Shown here one piece after another: positions 61,544 to 64,000 of a DNA stretch of 64,000 nt. The position numbers were made by a program, and so were the translations under genes. The stretch's first letter is position 1; each line of letters begins with the position of its first letter. Source of the DNA: Candidatus Binatia bacterium (lineage in GTDB: Bacteria; Desulfobacterota; Binatia; UBA9968; CAXXLF01). The stretch covers positions 1 through 64,000 of the forward strand of contig CAXXLF010000001.1 in the NCBI GenBank assembly GCA_963664015.2. Reading direction: 5' to 3'. The notes beneath the pieces are model-generated. The model had not been told where the DNA came from, did not search any database, and worked only from the letters and a program-made list of their open reading frames with translations.

Positions 61544-62210
61544 TCTGCATCGAAATTCTATCAATCAGCTGATCGGCTTGTATCCAGGAAGGACACGTAC
61601 GCCCTTGAGCTCCCATGGAAAGATCGTCAACGGGCGAGGACTGGTGACGACCCACGGAGGTTTCAACTATTACGCCAGGGACGGGAAGGTCCCGTTTCAA
61701 ATGGTTTACCCGGCAGTGAATGGAAAATGGCCCCTCAACCGGGGGCGCTTGCTTTTGCTGCGCATTTGTAAACTCTTCATGAAGAAACAGCCCAGGCCGT
61801 TCGCAAAATACGAGGAATGGGGTCAGGGCCATCACCTGCCGTCGGTGGTCCGCACAGGAGGCGGAAGCACTCGATATGCGGTCCCAGTAGATGCAAACAC
61901 TTCGCGCATCGTCTATTTTTATTTCCCACGCCCCCAAACCCGAGTGACCCGGGCCTGGAAAAGGGTTTCCTTCACACTGATCCGCAACTCATTGGAGTAC
62001 AATTTTAGCGGCCAGGACAGGACCGCGGCAGCCTCGTGCCGTTTTTGGACAACCGAGCACCTTGCTCCAACAGACTCGCAGATCACTATATTTCGCAAGA
62101 TGATTACCGAACTCTCCAGGGACGCGCAGAGGGAAAGGACCCAAATCGGCCAAGGGGAAGAGATTCAAAGGAACCGGAGTCAGGAGCCGCCCATCGCACC
62201 GAAAAGTTAA
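60897..62210 (+). CDS. Rieske non-heme iron oxygenase, copy 2
   Basis: Same N-terminal half as copy 1 with a divergent catalytic half (NFSGQD); start assigned by homology to copy 1. Confidence 0.88.
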   Translation: MGAILRRYENRIERELRDGKSRGIRVAPTTGSSNGNGSHSGPSLEDSRASIPPLGLREYWYPALAAKKVRRKPLYWNMLGDDLTFFRDKQGEVVAISDICPHRGASLSEGDCFYKGFLSCPYHGATFDGNGECVAFIPEGPDSKMVGNLRIRSYPTKTLREWVFVWMGEGEPAPIEEDVPPEFFEEGNVVISSYTYWPINWLIAIENHSDSHNALYLHRNSINQLIGLYPGRTRTPLSSHGKIVNGRGLVTTHGGFNYYARDGKVPFQMVYPAVNGKWPLNRGRLLLLRICKLFMKKQPRPFAKYEEWGQGHHLPSVVRTGGGSTRYAVPVDANTSRIVYFYFPRPQTRVTRAWKRVSFTLIRNSLEYNFSGQDRTAAASCRFWTTEHLAPTDSQITIFRKMITELSRDAQRERTQIGQGEEIQRNRSQEPPIAPKS

Positions 62211-62416
62211 TCCCACAGTTCATCCTGTGCCCACAGCTGGCGGAATCATGTCTTGAATTGGGAATCTCTTTCTGGCACCTACCCAATCCTAGAATTCCTT
62301 GCTCCACTCTCGGTTGTAATCATCCCAGGGACCCTGATTGTGCCAAAGGGCAGCAACGGGAGGCCTTCCCCTGATCGGATATAATAACCGGACTTCGAAG
62401 GATTAGTTGATTAATT

Positions 62417-63814
62417 ATGGTTGAAAAGATCACCAAAGAGGAACTCACCACCCTGATCGCCGTCTGTGGGGTAGCTTTCCTTTTTTCCTCCAGCTTTTTC
62501 GGTATCAATATCGCTCTACCCGCCATCCAGAAAGATTTTGGAAGCAGCCTGGGAGCCATTCAGTGGATATCCATCATGGGCAACGTCATGGTGTCCAGTC
62601 TCTCCCTCTGCTTCGGACGGCTGGGGGATCTGAGAGCGAAAAAAACGATTTATAAAATAGGGGTAGCCCTCTATACAATCGGTTCCGGGCTCTGCGCCAT
62701 GGCCACATCCTTTCCCCAGTTGGTCGTCTTTAGGATCTTTATGGCGATCGGCCTGGCCATGGCCTTTCCATTGACAGGCGCTATTCTCGTATCCAAGTTT
62801 TCACCCCTGAGGAGGGGACGGGGACTGGGGTTGCTCGCCTCGGCCATGGCCCTCGGAAGGATATCGGGACCCTCACTCGGTGGACTCGTTGTCGATTTAT
62901 GGAACTGGAGAGGAATTTTTTTGACAACCTGTTTGATAGGATTACCCATTACCCTAGCGGCGGTTCTTTTGCTTAAAGGGGAGGACCAACGGCGGGACGA
63001 GCCCTTCGACTTATGGGGTAGCTTATCCCTATTGATCGGCTATCCAGCACTGCTTATAGCCTTGAGTCTCGGCTCGAGGTCGGGTTGGCACTCCTTCCCT
63101 GTGTACCTTTGGTTGGGTCTCTCTCTAGTTGGATGGTTCAGTTTCGCTGTCATCGAATCTCGCACCGAAAAACCGCTGATTCGCCTTTCCTTTTTTCGGA
63201 TCCCAACACTTTCCGTCGCCATGTTATGCGAGGTTTTCACTTGGTCTGCTTTCTCCCCGATTTACCTCTTTGCCCCACTGTATATGCAGAACGTGTTGAA
63301 TTTGTCTCCATTAACGTCGGGGCTCATATTGACCACGCCTCCTTTATTCATTGCTGCCCTATCTCCCGTCAGTGGTTGGCTTGCCGATCGGAGAGACAGT
63401 CAACTCCTTATAACCGGTGGGTTATGCTTCATCATATTGGGCATATTGTTTTATTCCCGATCGGGGCCCATGACGAGTCCTCTCTGGGTGGGATTTGCTC
63501 TGTCTCTGATCGGTCTCGGCAACGGATTGTTTATCCCGGCCAACCAGAGGGCTGCCTTCTCCAGCGTGAGTGAAGCGGATTACGGAGTGGTATCCGCCAT
63601 GCTTTTATCTTTTGGCCTAGCATCGGGCACCCTGGGTACCACCATGGCCGTAGCACTCCTGGAATGGAAGACGGGAGGAAAAGGGATCTTGGCAGATCCG
63701 ACAAGCTTCGCCGAGGCGCAACAGTTTGTCTTCTCCCTATTGCTTCCCCTTGCCGTGGCAGCCGCCCTTATTTCCTTCGGAACCAAATCAAGAAAGTCGG
63801 TTAAATCACTATAG
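62417..63814 (+). CDS. MFS transporter, DHA2-like
   Basis: FGRLGDL, FRIFMAIG, GPSLGG, WRGIF, SGWLADR. Confidence 0.9.
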   Translation: MVEKITKEELTTLIAVCGVAFLFSSSFFGINIALPAIQKDFGSSLGAIQWISIMGNVMVSSLSLCFGRLGDLRAKKTIYKIGVALYTIGSGLCAMATSFPQLVVFRIFMAIGLAMAFPLTGAILVSKFSPLRRGRGLGLLASAMALGRISGPSLGGLVVDLWNWRGIFLTTCLIGLPITLAAVLLLKGEDQRRDEPFDLWGSLSLLIGYPALLIALSLGSRSGWHSFPVYLWLGLSLVGWFSFAVIESRTEKPLIRLSFFRIPTLSVAMLCEVFTWSAFSPIYLFAPLYMQNVLNLSPLTSGLILTTPPLFIAALSPVSGWLADRRDSQLLITGGLCFIILGILFYSRSGPMTSPLWVGFALSLIGLGNGLFIPANQRAAFSSVSEADYGVVSAMLLSFGLASGTLGTTMAVALLEWKTGGKGILADPTSFAEAQQFVFSLLLPLAVAAALISFGTKSRKSVKSL

Positions 63815-64000
63815 CTAGCGCTTACCTCGACGGGCTGAGATAAGGGTCGAGGAGTGCCATAGTCAATGATCCAAATTCCACTTCACCGTCATAAACAGAT
63901 CATCCTTTGGCCGGCCGGTAACATTGCTAACGGTTTCGGCGCAGGCCATGATGCAGACCGTCAAGGAAGGACCACTCCGCATTGTCCCAATCCCCTCAGG

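Noticed and set aside
62320-62405. TPP-riboswitch-like string CCTGATCGGATATAATAACC upstream of the MFS gene
   Set aside because: It lacks the CTGAGA element and proper stems; TATAAT is better explained as a -10 box.
63815-64000. Possible gene end at the right edge of the window
   Set aside because: No frame I translated gives a recognisable product; the adjacent sequence is needed.

Overview
A bacterial chromosomal window of roughly 50-55% GC (estimated by eye). The gene order (ispE-spoVG-tRNA-Gln-prs-rplY-pth; rpsF-ssb-rpsR-DUF2232-rplI) and the many Rieske, amidohydrolase, cupin and ABC binding-protein genes suggest a Deltaproteobacteria-like lineage, possibly Ca. Binatia (inference). Housekeeping blocks cover quinone synthesis, the translation cluster with hppA, frdABCD, rlmN, thrB and thrC. 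They alternate with accessory catabolic and transport genes, many decaying through deletions, in-frame TAA stops and homopolymer frameshifts. The most striking feature is a tandem pair of Rieske oxygenase genes (59578-62210). They share a 653-bp identical 5' half and diverge strongly from the mononuclear-iron motif onward, and only copy 1 has a well-placed Shine-Dalgarno (SD) site. The pair lies in a GlcG / DddP-like M24 / Rieske / MFS cluster next to formaldehyde and formate oxidation genes. Other points of interest are a LepB-type signal peptidase with His at the catalytic Lys position, a low-GC CypA-like cyclophilin, a tail-less SSB, an orphan nuoB, candidate structured RNAs near 53.6-54.0 kb, and five premature stops that are all TAA. 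No CRISPR array, rRNA, transposase or integrase was seen. Family assignments come from recognising motifs by eye, not from database searches.
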